Source of the DNA: Salisapilia sapeloensis CBS 127946
Lineage: Eukaryota; Protista; Oomycota
Reading direction: 5' to 3'
DNA length: 52,930 nt
NCBI GenBank assembly: GCA_023334545.1
Contig: JAADVB010000124.1
Coordinates: 1 to 52,930 of the forward strand
Part shown: one piece after another, positions 33,301 through 45,113 of the stretch
Layout: each line of letters begins with the position of its first letter
How positions within the stretch are numbered: position 1 is the first letter of the stretch
Made by a program: the position numbers and the translations under genes
Notes under the pieces: model-generated
Told to the model about the DNA's origin: nothing
Databases searched by the model: none
What the model saw: the letters and a program-made list of their open reading frames with translations, nothing else

Positions 33301-36089
33301 GCTAAAAACAGGAAGAAGCCTTCATGAAATTCTTCCCCGCAATTAAGAAAGCAACGTGGATAACACAGAAGTACATTTACACTTTCTTATAAGTCGAGAT
33401 AGAACACGTTGTCTAGTAATTTTTTCGCTGGTCTGTACTACTGCGCGTCTATCTCTGTGCACTTGGGTAATTGTAGCGTGCAGCTTTTCAGCTAGGTGGA
33501 TACTTGATTTCATTTCGGCCGATATTTACTAGAGATTCTTGAGCTGCGTCTGTTCTCTTTAGGACCTGATTATCATTGTGCTGTCGCACCTCTTATATGT
33601 ACTAGTTCTATAAGTGGTGAAAGTGCTGTACCTCTTTTTTGGCGATGCTTGTAAACGAATTCATATCAGAAAGTAATGAACGCTCGGGTAGAGCTAATTG
33701 AAATACAAGAGCTTTAGTACGACCAGCTTTGAATGTTTCATGGACTGGATATAAGATCGGTCTGCAGAGAGATTTTCCCTTGAATTGCTAGAACTGAATA
33801 AAGAATTTGTTGTTTCCTGCTTTTTGTATGCTTTGGGTCCTGATACGATTGCAAGCTTTGATATCTGTGCCATAGATACAACATGTTCCGTTAGAGATAC
33901 ATAAGAGGGTATGAATGGGAACATATATCTACTGCGTATATAGTACATAAGCGCTCCACCAAACTTGTCTGGCGTTCGCATCAGACCATGCAGTCTACAT
34001 GCAAGCTATGAGATACATTTGGTTTTGCTCTATTTCTGTTCCCTGCGCCTTGCTGAATACGTTCGCGTGAAAGTGTGTGTTCGTCAAAGGAATCTGCAAG
34101 AAAGAAACAGGAATAATAGAACTCAATCATTCAGTATCGTATGCAATTCTTCGCTGTTATATACTTCAGTCTAAGTGATCAATTAAAATGAACGGTAGTC
34201 GATTGAATGTGGTTAAAATGGTCGCTTGGCCATTTCTCGTTAAAGTGTGCGTGTAGCTTCGTGCTAGACACCATGCTGAGTCTGGGAGCAGACTCAATAT
34301 ACATCGAGGAACACATCAACGATTTATGTCGCTATAGATACATTTGTTTTAACATCGATTTCTGTCCTCCTTCGCTTTCGCGAGTGGTCGATGTTAAGCC
34401 AAGTACGTCGTACTCTAGTGGTGTTGTCGATATCATTAATTAGTCGACGTCAATGTACCTCAATTTCACATTTAGCTGGTGTTGCTGCCAAGTAATAGGT
34501 TACCGCGATAACGTGGCATCTTGTTGGTTGACGCTACGTCCAGCTATACTACATGCTCCGAACATTTACGACACCCAAAGATAGAACGAAGTTAGGCAAG
34601 AGGGTGCAATTGATTGGCTTTGTGTAGTTTTGACTGAGCTGTACACGGACTAGCGCATGAGTTTCCATAAATTAATCAACAGCTACATAATGGAAAGCTA
34701 CGCTGATCCATAAGCACGAATCGCGGCATTCCTGACTGGAAAGTTGGTACTGGATGGTAATATGTAGAGGTGCTCAAGCTGATTGGAGTACCAAAGTTAT
34801 TAGTTAGACTAACAGTCTCGATTCCATCCCTTAAGCGCAGTAGATTCTGATCAGTCTCGAAGCTGGAATGGCAACTGTTTACTACAAATAATTTTTTATT
34901 TCTCATTCTTCGTAATATCCATGGAATAACGTTGCCACCGTAAATGTCATCTTCTTCTCGGTGGCCCGACGCAGCTCTATACGCTATATTGCTATCTGGA
35001 TTGATCTGTCCTCGGTGTACACATGATATCGCTGTAACTAGCTCGTGTTGACTTATTCTCGCCGCTGAGCTACTACCTTGGACCTCTTCCTACCTAACGC
35101 GACATCGGGTGTAGTTAGCTGGCTAAGCTGCAAAAATCAGATTCAGATTGACTTATTCTATCCGATAGTTCGTAGTGCCATTACCGCCCATATTTGTATT
35201 ATGCTCAGAATGATGTGCTTCTACACGCTACTTCCATATAGCAAACGTCAGATTATATATTTCGCTGCAGTAGAGAGCTCACTTTCGTGCTCATCTCGAA
35301 TACATTTTATGGATTGAAGCGATTTCATTTGCTACTGATTCTGTAGATCACTAATTAGGTAGCATATTGATCTAAAATCTGATGTACTAGAAGAGCCGAG
35401 TAGGAAATCGAAGATGCTCCTAGCACTTGCTGACACAAAACGAAATCACAGCCCGTAGAAAGTATCTTTCCGCCTTCAAATACTACTGCCAGCTCATTTG
35501 TCATCTCAACAATAGATTGACAGAGTTTCGATAACTAATTGAAATTGAGCATAGCGCATATTGCATGCTTATGCTTGTTCTGACTTCTCTGTAATTAACG
35601 CTACTGCTGTGCGCGGCGTTGGGTGTAGTTAGCCGACACCAATTCATAAATAAATTGTATGCTTAAGCTACATGACGACTTACCTTGATCGTAGTGTTGC
35701 ATATTCTGAGCAGCTATAAACGACATTCTATGGCTTGACTGAATCTACTTTGTCGCTTAGTATCGCGCATTCCTTCTAGATCTCAACTTTCATTCTGACC
35801 TACAGTGTACATGTGGAAGGTCATATCCGATATACGCTTCCTTTGTAGATAGGAAGCAAATACAATAAACTACCATTCAGTTACAAGTAGATACCAAGCG
35901 CACACCACAAAGTAATTTGCTTCATCCTTTACAGCGTATTGCAGATAGAAAGATAAAAGTCTCAAGAGGTATACGAAGGTGCAATGATCATCTAGTGCTG
36001 CATAAAGCGCTTTACTCGGCATGATGAGTAGCGTTATCTACCGATCTCCATGAGGCAGCACTATCTTCTGCCATCTCACAGCCCGTCTG

Positions 36090-37276
36090 TTACTTCTTTG
36101 CCACTGTCCATTGGGCATGCTCATGAGGAGCCTTCCTAGACGTAAAGTCGGAAGCAGGTCGACGTCCGCCTTGACGCACATGCTCCCAGTACGCATTGAA
36201 GGATACAAAGTCTTCCACAGTCAAGTCCACTGGCTTCACACGCAAGATAGCTGCAATCAGCTCTCTCCACTGCTCGACCTGGGCAGGAGGGACTGTCGTA
36301 GACTGCGTCGACGGGTCCAGAGGCGTATACTTGGCGTCCAGGACAGTGACTCGCATGAGGTGGTAGGCACAGCTGAGTGTCCACGCGAGATGACGCCAGC
36401 CTCCACCAGCCGTATGGGCAGGCGTGTATCCTTTGTTCTCATACCGGAAGGCTACAAGGTGAACACGGAGACCTCGCTTGGGTTTCGTCTCGAGTGACAA
36501 GTGTTCCAGCACGGGCAGAAACTTGAGTACAGCTTTGGTGTTGCTCTTGGCACCTTCTGGGAAGACGACGACTGGGCCAGAGGCATTGGCTACTACGTCC
36601 TGGAGCTTCTGAGCCTATATGCCATCGGATGAGGAATGAGACGAGTGTTTTATTGTAGAAACGAGTACGTTGGCCTGCTGGAGGGAGCGAGGCATGCCTA
36701 GCGATCTGTAGATGGCTTCTAGAACTCCACAGACGTGTACGAGTCCTTTGGACGCGCCGTCTTGTGGTACGAAAGCAAAGCTCGGCGAGTATCGTTTGGC
36801 GAGGTAGCAGACTTCGACAAAGCTGCTGTGGTTGCATACGAGTACGTCGCTGGGTCCGACGCGAGTGGTCTTGTTCGTATCCTTTCGGTTGGGAGCTCTA
36901 TCGGATCGTAAGGAGGAGTAGGAAGATGATAGGTTTCAGTCTAGACGTACGTGAGTCCTAGTCGACGCGTATTGGCAGTCTCTTCGGACGGGAAGACACC
37001 TAGTAGGAGCAGCAGTAAAGAGAAAAGCGGCCATTCCGTCAGTCTCTTGGTCATCCGTCCGACGTATGGGAGTACATGGAGGAGAGAGCATAATGTCGTG
37101 GTGAGCACTAGAGCTAGCGTGACAAGAAGCACAAGAGGAGTTCGCAGTAGTACAAGCACGATTCTCCCCAGTCCTAGTCCTGCTCTGAGCAGCACATTGT
37201 GCTGTCTCTTTGGCTGCTGCGGGACGAAGGGGTTGACTCCTGTCGTGAGGTCGGCCCACCTCGTGTATTTCTCCAT
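36090..37276 (-). CDS. LOA1/VPS66-like lysophospholipid acyltransferase (3 exons)
   Basis: N-terminal MEKYTRWADLTTGVNPF, TM segment; spliced exon 2 has VLVCNHSSFVEV; exon 3 has PVVVFPEGAKSN and VLKF. Confidence 0.8.
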
Positions 37277-37320
37277 GTCGTGATGGGATTATGTAATACA
37301 AATCGAAACGCACACGAGAG

Positions 37321-37692
37321 ATGGAGGAGCCGAACAAGCACAGAGAGACCGAGTTCGTGGCGCCGTGGAACCGTCCAAACATCCCGGACTACGGCCCCCT
37401 CCAGAACAAGCACCACGCCGTCATCTTCTTCTTCGTCGGTCTGACCGCGACGATCGTGTACGAGTGGACGGACTACTTTAGCGACGTGGCGAGATGGATG
37501 GCCTACCTGGCTATCTGGGGCCCACTCTACTACCGTCTGCAGTCCCAAGTGACGCTCGACGAGAGCACGGAGGACGTTGTGCGGAAGGAAGAGGTGCGTG
37601 AACGCCGTCGTTTCGACCGGAAGCTCGACCAGATCATGGAAGAGGCGAGTGAAGAGGACGAGATGCCTTCGCTACGAAATACAAAAGAGTAG
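37321..37692 (+). CDS. Small hypothetical membrane protein (123 aa, 2 predicted TM segments)
   Basis: ATG-started ORF filling the gap between two real genes, with GC3-rich codons; hydrophobic HAVIFFFVGLTATIVY and WMAYLAIWGPLYY. Confidence 0.6.
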   Translation: MEEPNKHRETEFVAPWNRPNIPDYGPLQNKHHAVIFFFVGLTATIVYEWTDYFSDVARWMAYLAIWGPLYYRLQSQVTLDESTEDVVRKEEVRERRRFDRKLDQIMEEASEEDEMPSLRNTKE

Positions 37693-37724
37693 AGTCCAAA
37701 AGTGCTTGTTTCATTCGTGTCGAT

Positions 37725-39441
37725 TTACTTTCGGAACCAGCCGAAGAAGCCTGTGGGTTCCTCCGTCTCCTGCCTCTCCATCGTCCGGTGGTCGAGGGAA
37801 GGAAAGTCAAATGCGTAAAAGGCCGTGTCGAGTAGCATGGGCTTCATCGGGACAGACTCGAGGGACGGAGGGTAGTCTACGATCTGCCTCAGATGCTTCC
37901 GACTGCCTCCATCGAACTCGCTCTGCCTCCGCAAGAGACTCTTGTCGTCAAGACTCATGGCCTGCATCTTGCTCTCGACCTTGTTCGCGTCCAAAAAGGC
38001 CAGCGCAGTCGTCCTGCTCTGGGCTCCAGCCAGCTCTTGCTGGAGCGGAGGCAGGAGCATCTCCAGCAGCGCATCCGACGGCTCTAGGTCCTGCACGAGA
38101 GAAGACGCGTGCTGGAAGAGCGTCAGGGCAGAAGAGTACTGGTGGTCCTGCACATAGCTCTGCGCCACGACACTCGCCTTGATAGCTTCAAAGACGCTCT
38201 TGTGTCTCTGGGCCTGCGCATAGGACTCCGTCTCCTTGGTCTCGAGCTCCGGCATGCTCAGGATATCCTCTTGCGTCTGGAGGAGCATGTCCAGCACGTG
38301 GACGACGTCTCCTAGACTCTTGTCCGGCTTGCTCTGGTGCTGCTGCAGGACTTCCACCAGCCTCGACCGCTGGGCCGAGAGCTTTCGAAAGTGCGCCACC
38401 TCTTCCAGCAGCTGGAGGCTCTCCACCTCCGACGGACTGGACGCCTTGTCCCTGCTGCTCTTGATCGTCTGGAGGAGACTGTCGTACGAGCTCAGGAGCT
38501 GCACGAGGACCTGCTCTCGCTTCTTCTCGCCACTCGTCTCATCCAGCTTACTCTGGAGCTCCTCTGGGCGCAAGAGGGCGACTGCCAAGTCCTGCGTCGG
38601 GATCGCCACCGACTGCTGCTTCCACTCGACTGTGGCGAAGGACGCAGCCTTCTCCTTCCGAGCCTCCAGCAACACCTGGTCGATCTTGCTCTGGAGCAGA
38701 GCGTTCGACGCGCCTTCCCCGAGCTCCAGGTCCTGCGTCCCTCCCGTCTGGAGCTGCAGACGGTGCTCACAGAAGCGGAGGAACGGGTCCAGCTCCTCTG
38801 CGAGCGACCGGAAGAGCTCCTGCTGGGCAGACGTACCGACTTGCGACAGGTCCGTGTAGATGCGGCGGGATGTGGCAAAATGCGTCTGCGCCACCGAGTG
38901 CTCTTCCCGATGGAAAGCCAGGTTGCCGGCCATGAAGGAAGCGTAGGCTTCGGCCTCGAGGCTCGTGCGCGCGTCTGCCTTCTTGGCGCAGACGTCGGCG
39001 AGACGCCGACTCCAGTCCGCTGCCTTGCGCAGACGACCGTGCAGGTGGAACTTGATGCGCGTGTTGGCGTCGTCTCCGTGCTCTGCCTGCTCCAGGTTGT
39101 CATCCTCCTTGAGCTGCATGGCGTAGCTCCACGCTCGCTCGGCGTTGTGGAGGAGCAGGTAGAGGTGTCTATGCATTCGTGTGAGACTTGGATAAGGAGA
39201 GGGTTTGTACTAGACCATACTTGGCATCCGTCGCCGTCTCTGCGTCCACCTTTTTCTGGACGAAGGCTCTGCCTTTGCCGTGGTGGAACTTGGCGGCCTT
39301 GCGGATCCGACCTAGTCGGCGCGTGCAGTACTGTCTGTACCGATGGAAGTCTCGATGCCGCAGCCCATTCTGCATCTGCGCCTCCTTGACTGTCTCGAGT
39401 ATCGGGAGGCTAAAGAGCTCGTCGTCCATCCTTGTGGCCAT
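37725..39441 (-). CDS. SRP68: Signal recognition particle subunit SRP68 (2 exons; intron 39220-39169)
   Basis: QMQNGLRHRDFHRYRQYCTRRL, AERAWSYAMQLK, SLEAEAYASFM, PMKPMLLDTAF, C-terminal GFFGWFRK. Confidence 0.95.
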
Positions 39442-39542
39442 TCTCTCCTCTCTCCTCTCTCCTCTAGACGTGGCTCTGTGGTCCTCCACACTCTCTATAT
39501 ATTGCCACCATACACTTCTCCAGTCATTCTGGCCGAATCGAC

Positions 39543-40322
39543 ATGCAGAGTAGCTACTACCCGAGTACGTCCGTCAAGGACCATGTCGACATCCAAAAGT
39601 CTATCAGAAGCGACCTCATGCGCAAGAGTCCGGACGAAATGAGGAACACGACGTTTCAAGTCGGTGTCGTCCATGACGCGGCTGGGTCGGCCTATGCCGA
39701 GGTCGGACGAACGCAAGTCCTTGTGAGTGTCCATGGGCCGCATACGGACACTCGGAATCGACACGAGTACTCGGACCAAGGAAAGCTCGAGTGCGATGTC
39801 AAATTCGCTCCTTTCGCACAAACAGGTGACCGTCGAGACCGAGGGCAGGCGCCAGACGAGCTCGAGCTCTCGAGCGTATTGACACAGGCGCTGACACCGG
39901 CCATTCTCCTGCATAAACTACCCAAGTGCGTCGTATCAGTGCATGTCTTGGTCCTGAGTGACGACGGCGGCGTGTTGTCTACTGCTATCAACAGCGCTTC
40001 CTTGGCGCTCGCTCACGCTGGCATCGACATGACGGACCTGGTTACGTCTGCCACGGCCGTACGTGCCTTTATGGAGCCTACGAGTACGTCTACTAATGTG
40101 TATGGATAGGGAGTGTATCAAGGCAAAATCGTGCTGGACCCTACGACAGCTGAAGCAGAGCAAGGGAGACTAACGGTTGCTCTGCTATCGCGCCAGAACA
40201 AGACGAGTTACATGATGGAGGCAGGACGGATGGACCATGTTGAGTTACAAGAAGCGACAGATCTGGTCTCGGACGCCTGCTCTCGCTTGCTCTACCCTCT
40301 CCTACGCGCTTCTCTCGTCTAA
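39543..40322 (+). CDS. Exosome RNase PH-like subunit (MTR3/EXOSC6 or RRP41-like; intron 40059-40109)
   Basis: AAGSAYAEVGRTQVLVSVHGP, LECDVKFAPF, DDGGVLSTAINSASLALAHAGIDM, IVLDPT. Confidence 0.85.
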
Positions 40323-40339
40323 GCCAATATATTTCCTCC

Positions 40340-41485
40340 TTAGGCCGCCGCTCGACGCTTTTCCAGTAGGTTCTTCATGAAAAATTCTCCCGCCTTGTAG
40401 CTGCTGCGGACCATCGGACCACTCGCGACATACAAGAAGCCCATCTTCTCGGCGATCTCCTGCCACTCGGCAAAGGCCTCGGGCTTGACGTACTCTTTCA
40501 CCGGCATGTGCTTGACGCTCGGACGGAGGTATTGACCGAATGTCACGACGTCCACTTGGTGGTCTCGCAGGTCTCGCAGCGTCTGCAGCACGTCTTCCGG
40601 TCGTTCGCCTAGACCGAGCATGATGCTCGTCTTGGTCACAAGCGTCGGCTTGCTCTTCTTGGCCATCGACAGCACGTCGAGGGACTGGCGGTAGTTGGCG
40701 CGATAGTCTCGCACCCGGCGCGTCAGTCGCTCGACAGTCTCGACGTTATGGGCGAAGACGTCGAGGCCCGAGTGCGCCACTTGGTCGATGAGATGCGCTT
40801 CTCCTTGGAAGTCAGGCGTCAGGCACTCGATGATAATGTCCGGGTTCTGCTCTCGAAGGAGACGCACCGTCTTGCTAAAGTGCTCTGCGCCCAAGTCTTC
40901 ATAGTCGTCTCGGTCGACGCTCGTGAAGACGACGTAGTCCAGACCCCACTGCGAGATGGCACTCGCCACCTTCTCCGGCTCCTGGGGGTCCAGCGGCTTG
41001 GGCGCCCGACTGGTCTTGACGGCGCAAAAGCTGCAGCCACGAGTGCACGTGTCGCCCATGAGCATGATGGTGGCCGTGGCCGTACCGCTCTCTCCTCCGC
41101 CCCAGCACTCGCCAATGTTCGGGCACTGCGCTTCTTCGCAGACGGTGGCGAGGCCGAGACCACGCACCGTGGCCTTGAGCTTCTCGTAGTTGTCGCCCTG
41201 CGTCGGCTGGGCTTTGAGCCAGCTCGGCTTCCGGTTCGACGCCTTCGGTCGACGAGAAGGTTTCTCCGCCTTGCCTTTCGGTGGCGTCGACTGGACGCTC
41301 GAGAAATCGTCCAAGGACACGGCCATGTCCGTGAACTGCGGACCTTGTCGAGCTTCCTCTGCCAGACGTTCACGCAGGGCTGCGAGTCTCGACCCGCGTT
41401 CCGAGTGGGTGACGGCCACTTGCGGCGCGTGGGTGCTCGCACATCGGACGCCTAGCGACGATAGGAGACGAGAAGAGCGCTGCAT
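40340..41485 (-). CDS. LIAS: Mitochondrial lipoyl synthase
   Basis: [23 protein letters not shown] (radical SAM), [29 protein letters not shown]. Confidence 0.98.
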   Translation of the reverse strand: MQRSSRLLSSLGVRCASTHAPQVAVTHSERGSRLAALRERLAEEARQGPQFTDMAVSLDDFSSVQSTPPKGKAEKPSRRPKASNRKPSWLKAQPTQGDNYEKLKATVRGLGLATVCEEAQCPNIGECWGGGESGTATATIMLMGDTCTRGCSFCAVKTSRAPKPLDPQEPEKVASAISQWGLDYVVFTSVDRDDYEDLGAEHFSKTVRLLREQNPDIIIECLTPDFQGEAHLIDQVAHSGLDVFAHNVETVERLTRRVRDYRANYRQSLDVLSMAKKSKPTLVTKTSIMLGLGERPEDVLQTLRDLRDHQVDVVTFGQYLRPSVKHMPVKEYVKPEAFAEWQEIAEKMGFLYVASGPMVRSSYKAGEFFMKNLLEKRRAAA

Positions 41486-41824
41486 ACTCGTGTGCTGATA
41501 AGAGCGGTTGTGTATGGACGGAGGTGTGGTGGTCTTCTATGGAGAATTAAAATAGGAAGAAAACAGAAAACGAGTGATGGGTAGAATGTTGGTCAACGGA
41601 CACGAGAGGTTGTATCTTTTGAGGTGGGAGGGCTGGTAGAAGAATACGGTCGTGTGGAGAATGTTGTAGGAATGTGGTGGAAAGTAGCTCGAGGTGGGGG
41701 AGTCGGACGCAGTGGAGATAGGACGGAATGTCCTACCTTTTCACTATTATTTTCTACTTTTAAATATACTTGGAAAAGTACAAGAGGCGGTGTGGTAAAC
41801 GTGTATAAGCGTGTATGGATGACG

Positions 41825-43252
41825 CTACGAGTCTCGACGAGGCCTCTTTCTACTAGGCCTTCCTACCCCCACGTCTCGTCGTAGACCTCCGATGAGCTCT
41901 TCGGCGTATTCTGCCGCAGACTCTTCCAGTCTATGCAGGATATCTGTGCTGCACCCGCTCTTCCTCGCGGCTCGGACAGCCTGGAAGACCTTTTTCACCG
42001 TTGCTGCTCTCATCCGTAAAGTTTCCAGTTGTCCCATTTCATTCGCCTCCTTGCCATTCTGCTGTGGACACTCCTGTGGTTCATCAGACGACAAGGTCGG
42101 AACATTCGTCTCTCTCTCCTGTAGAGGCTCCACTGGTGTAACGATGGATGCAGGAGTCTCGTCTGTCGTGTCAGTGAAGAGAGCAGAGGCCGTAGAATCC
42201 ACCTCTCTCGAGTCATCCAGAGAGACTGGAAGAGTGTTGCCCTCTTCCTCTTTCTCCATGTCTTTCGTACTTGCATTCGTCATCCACTCTCGTCGCTTTT
42301 GTAAAAGCAATTGCACCAGAGTCTTTTTACTTTGGCGCCTCCCATTCTCTTTCACGGCGTCCAGATCGAGGTCGTGGCAGGCAGCTACGAGGTCGTCTCG
42401 ATGGAAGCTTTCCACGCGACTGCGACAGACACTTTCGTCCAGAGTAGAAGGAAGGGAAGCGATGGTCTTGAGCACATCCGACGCAGACGTGCTTTCTTCT
42501 TCTGGACTCTCCTGCACAGACGTCGACGGACTGGACGTCTTTGCAAGTGCTTCCTTGGCACTCTCCTGAAAGCTCTTGCCTCGCTCCGCCTCGCTCCGAA
42601 AAGACAGACTAAAGGCGTCTGGAGATGTGTCCGTAGAGAGAGATGCTCTCACCTCTTCCACCCATCTCCTTCGCTTTTCTGACAAGACATCTACCATCTT
42701 TTTCTTCTTAATGTGTCTACCTACTGGCGTAGCTTGGAGCTCTGCGAACGCTCTTCGTAAGTCGTCTCGATCGAACAAGTCGATCAAGTCTCGACATTGG
42801 ACGAGCGGCAGATCATCAGGAATGAGTGCTATACGTCGAAGCACTTGCTGTCCGCGAGACTCTGCTAAGTTCGTCTCCACGTCCGTCCAAGTCTGGTCTC
42901 TCTGCGCCATGCGTTTGCTCCGCTCGAGATACAAGAGGTCGACCCACTCGTGCTTGTATCGGATGGGCTGTCCATCGGGCGTGAGCATGTGTAAGTTAAG
43001 GAGCTGGCAGACTTGACGCAGGTCGTCTCGAGAGAAGGAATTGATCAAGTGCCGACCATCGACGAGAGGTTGACTTTGGTCGGTGGAAAAGATGCGGGCA
43101 GCGATTACCTCTGCCCGTTTGGCCGATGGGCCGGAAGGAAGGCTCTGGTGGGTAGAGGGATGGGAGGGGAGTGCGGCAGCGTGCTCTTGGTCTGTCATGG
43201 TCTCTGGAAGAGGACGGGCGTGGGGGCGCTCCGGCGATGCCGCTTGCTCCAC
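41825..43252 (-). CDS. Hypothetical 475-aa protein with three ~45-aa helical repeats
   Basis: Long ATG-started ORF; SFSRDDL / LFDRDDL / SFHRDDL repeats. Confidence 0.75.
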   Translation of the reverse strand: MEQAASPERPHARPLPETMTDQEHAAALPSHPSTHQSLPSGPSAKRAEVIAARIFSTDQSQPLVDGRHLINSFSRDDLRQVCQLLNLHMLTPDGQPIRYKHEWVDLLYLERSKRMAQRDQTWTDVETNLAESRGQQVLRRIALIPDDLPLVQCRDLIDLFDRDDLRRAFAELQATPVGRHIKKKKMVDVLSEKRRRWVEEVRASLSTDTSPDAFSLSFRSEAERGKSFQESAKEALAKTSSPSTSVQESPEEESTSASDVLKTIASLPSTLDESVCRSRVESFHRDDLVAACHDLDLDAVKENGRRQSKKTLVQLLLQKRREWMTNASTKDMEKEEEGNTLPVSLDDSREVDSTASALFTDTTDETPASIVTPVEPLQERETNVPTLSSDEPQECPQQNGKEANEMGQLETLRMRAATVKKVFQAVRAARKSGCSTDILHRLEESAAEYAEELIGGLRRDVGVGRPSRKRPRRDS

Positions 43253-43921
43253 TTCTCTTGAACTGGTGTGCTTGGAGCTAAGGAGTCAGCCATACAAAGA
43301 GCTAGATAGATAGAGCTTGAAAGGGTGTAGAGGGTACATCTGATAATGATAGAAGGAAGAGCTATGGGAGGGAGGTCTGCGTTCGTACGAAGCAAGTACA
43401 AAGTAGTCGGAAAGGAATGCAGTGTGGACTGGTCTGTCATTGTCGTTTGATGTGCTTGTTCGACCTTACGACCTTTGCTTATCACTCTGTTTGACATGAA
43501 CGTGGCTGCATGCTGCCTGACCTGGAGTTTTGTCTGCATTGGAGATGTGCCTTTTCGTCCTGCCGTCAGGATACTGTTTCAGCCCTTTACAAGCTTCCAA
43601 TCTTGATCGTGTCTAGTAGAAACACAGCTAGCTTATCCACATCCAGCTCGTGGCAGCTCAATGTGCCCATGGGCCGCGTCTTACCAATCTACTTTCATGC
43701 AATCTTGAAAGGAAGGATACTTGATCTCTTCGTTCACTCCTTCTCTTCCTACATTCTAGATGAGCCAACCTCCCTTCACTACAGTCCATACAGTCTAGAA
43801 CATGCATCGGACCCACTCCACTATCTATAGATAGCCCCACTTGCAAGCACTCGACTCTCTCTCGTGATCATACTGAAAAGCTAATGAATGGCACAAACCA
43901 CGACACGCCGCAACCAACAAA

Positions 43922-44230
43922 ATGATCCGCATGCCGATGCGAAGAGCAGTTCAGAGCGCCCGTGCCACGGCCCGCGCGCAGCAGAAGAAGGCCAAGGGCG
44001 GCCAGCGAAAGGTTTCCTTTACCAAGGAACAGCAGCACAGTGCCTTTGGCCGCTCCTCCACCGACACCGTACGTGTCTCTCTGCGTCCTCTAAATGCGTA
44101 CTAACATCCTATGTAGATGTTCAAGGCAGTGACAGCCCAGACGGCAGGGCTACTGGACCGCAGTGCCTTCCCACAGCTTCCACTTGTACTGGACGAGCTG
44201 ATCGTGGAGGAAGATGACGACGGGCGATGA
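43922..44230 (+). CDS. Hypothetical 86-aa protein (intron 44069-44116)
   Basis: gtacgt...tactaac...tag 48-nt intron keeps the frame; basic N-terminus, acidic C-terminus. Confidence 0.55.
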
Positions 44231-44309
44231 GAGTAAACGTAATAAAGTAGCTGGTGAAAAGCCAAGGAAGGCAGTCGTTCATTTTGTTACTACTAGACCA
44301 CTAGAGACT

Positions 44310-44971
44310 CTACTCCTGCACCGGGAACTCAAACACGACCTCCTTGTTCGTCAGACGCTTGTAGACGGCGGCAAAGGTGTCGAGCTTGGTCTCGACGTTA
44401 ACCTGGTCCTTCGGGTCCAGGTACACGCGCAGGAGCTTGGAGCCATCGAGACGGCAGAGCGTACGCTTGCCGACGATCTCGGTCGGGTAGACGAGGTCCT
44501 ATTCACATGATAAATGAGCATGAGGCATGGGTGGCGAATCCCCAGAGGCCATCATCATACGTGACACGACTACAAATATACAGAACGTACCTCGAGGATG
44601 GCGTCCTGGACGGCCGTCAACGTACGAGAGCGAGGGCGCGGGCCGCTCGTCTTGTGCGATCGGGAGAAGCTCTTGCCGAGGACCGTGCGCTGCGTGATGA
44701 TCACGACGTGGCGGCCGCTGAACTTCTTCTCGAGCTCACGGACGAGGCGGGACTGGATCTTGTGGAAAGACTTGTGCTGACGGTACGGCACGAAGAGCAC
44801 GATGGCCGTGCGGGAGGCCGAGACTTCGACCTGCTTGGCGGCGACGATGTACAGGTCCTTGAGCTCGTTCTTGAGCTCCGACGAGGCCTCGAGGTTGGCG
44901 ATCTCCTGCGCCACCTGCGTCTCGAACTCATCCGGCTGGCGGCCTTCGGGCTTGACAATCTTGGACGACAT
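44310..44971 (-). CDS. RPS7: 40S ribosomal protein S7/eS7 (intron 44590-44499)
   Basis: [36 protein letters not shown]|[12 protein letters not shown]. Confidence 0.98.
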
Positions 44972-45113
44972 ACCTGCTCTTCCTTGCTAGTTGGATAATG
45001 GGGCTGCATCCGTCCTCCAGTCAACCTTCCTGCTGCTGATTGGACAAAAGTAGTCACTGGCACAGGGTTACAGACGTACGAGTGGAGGATAAGATAGCCA
45101 ATCAAGACGAAAC

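Noticed and set aside
34676-34906. FGTPISLSTSTYYHP resembling the Ty3/Gypsy integrase GTxLxxSTxYHPQ motif
   Set aside because: The following QTDGQxER is absent and I found no other integrase or LTR features.
44499-44590. Longer RPS7 intron (92 nt) with an ATGATGA box-C-like sequence, possible snoRNA
   Set aside because: No CTGA box D or terminal stem found.
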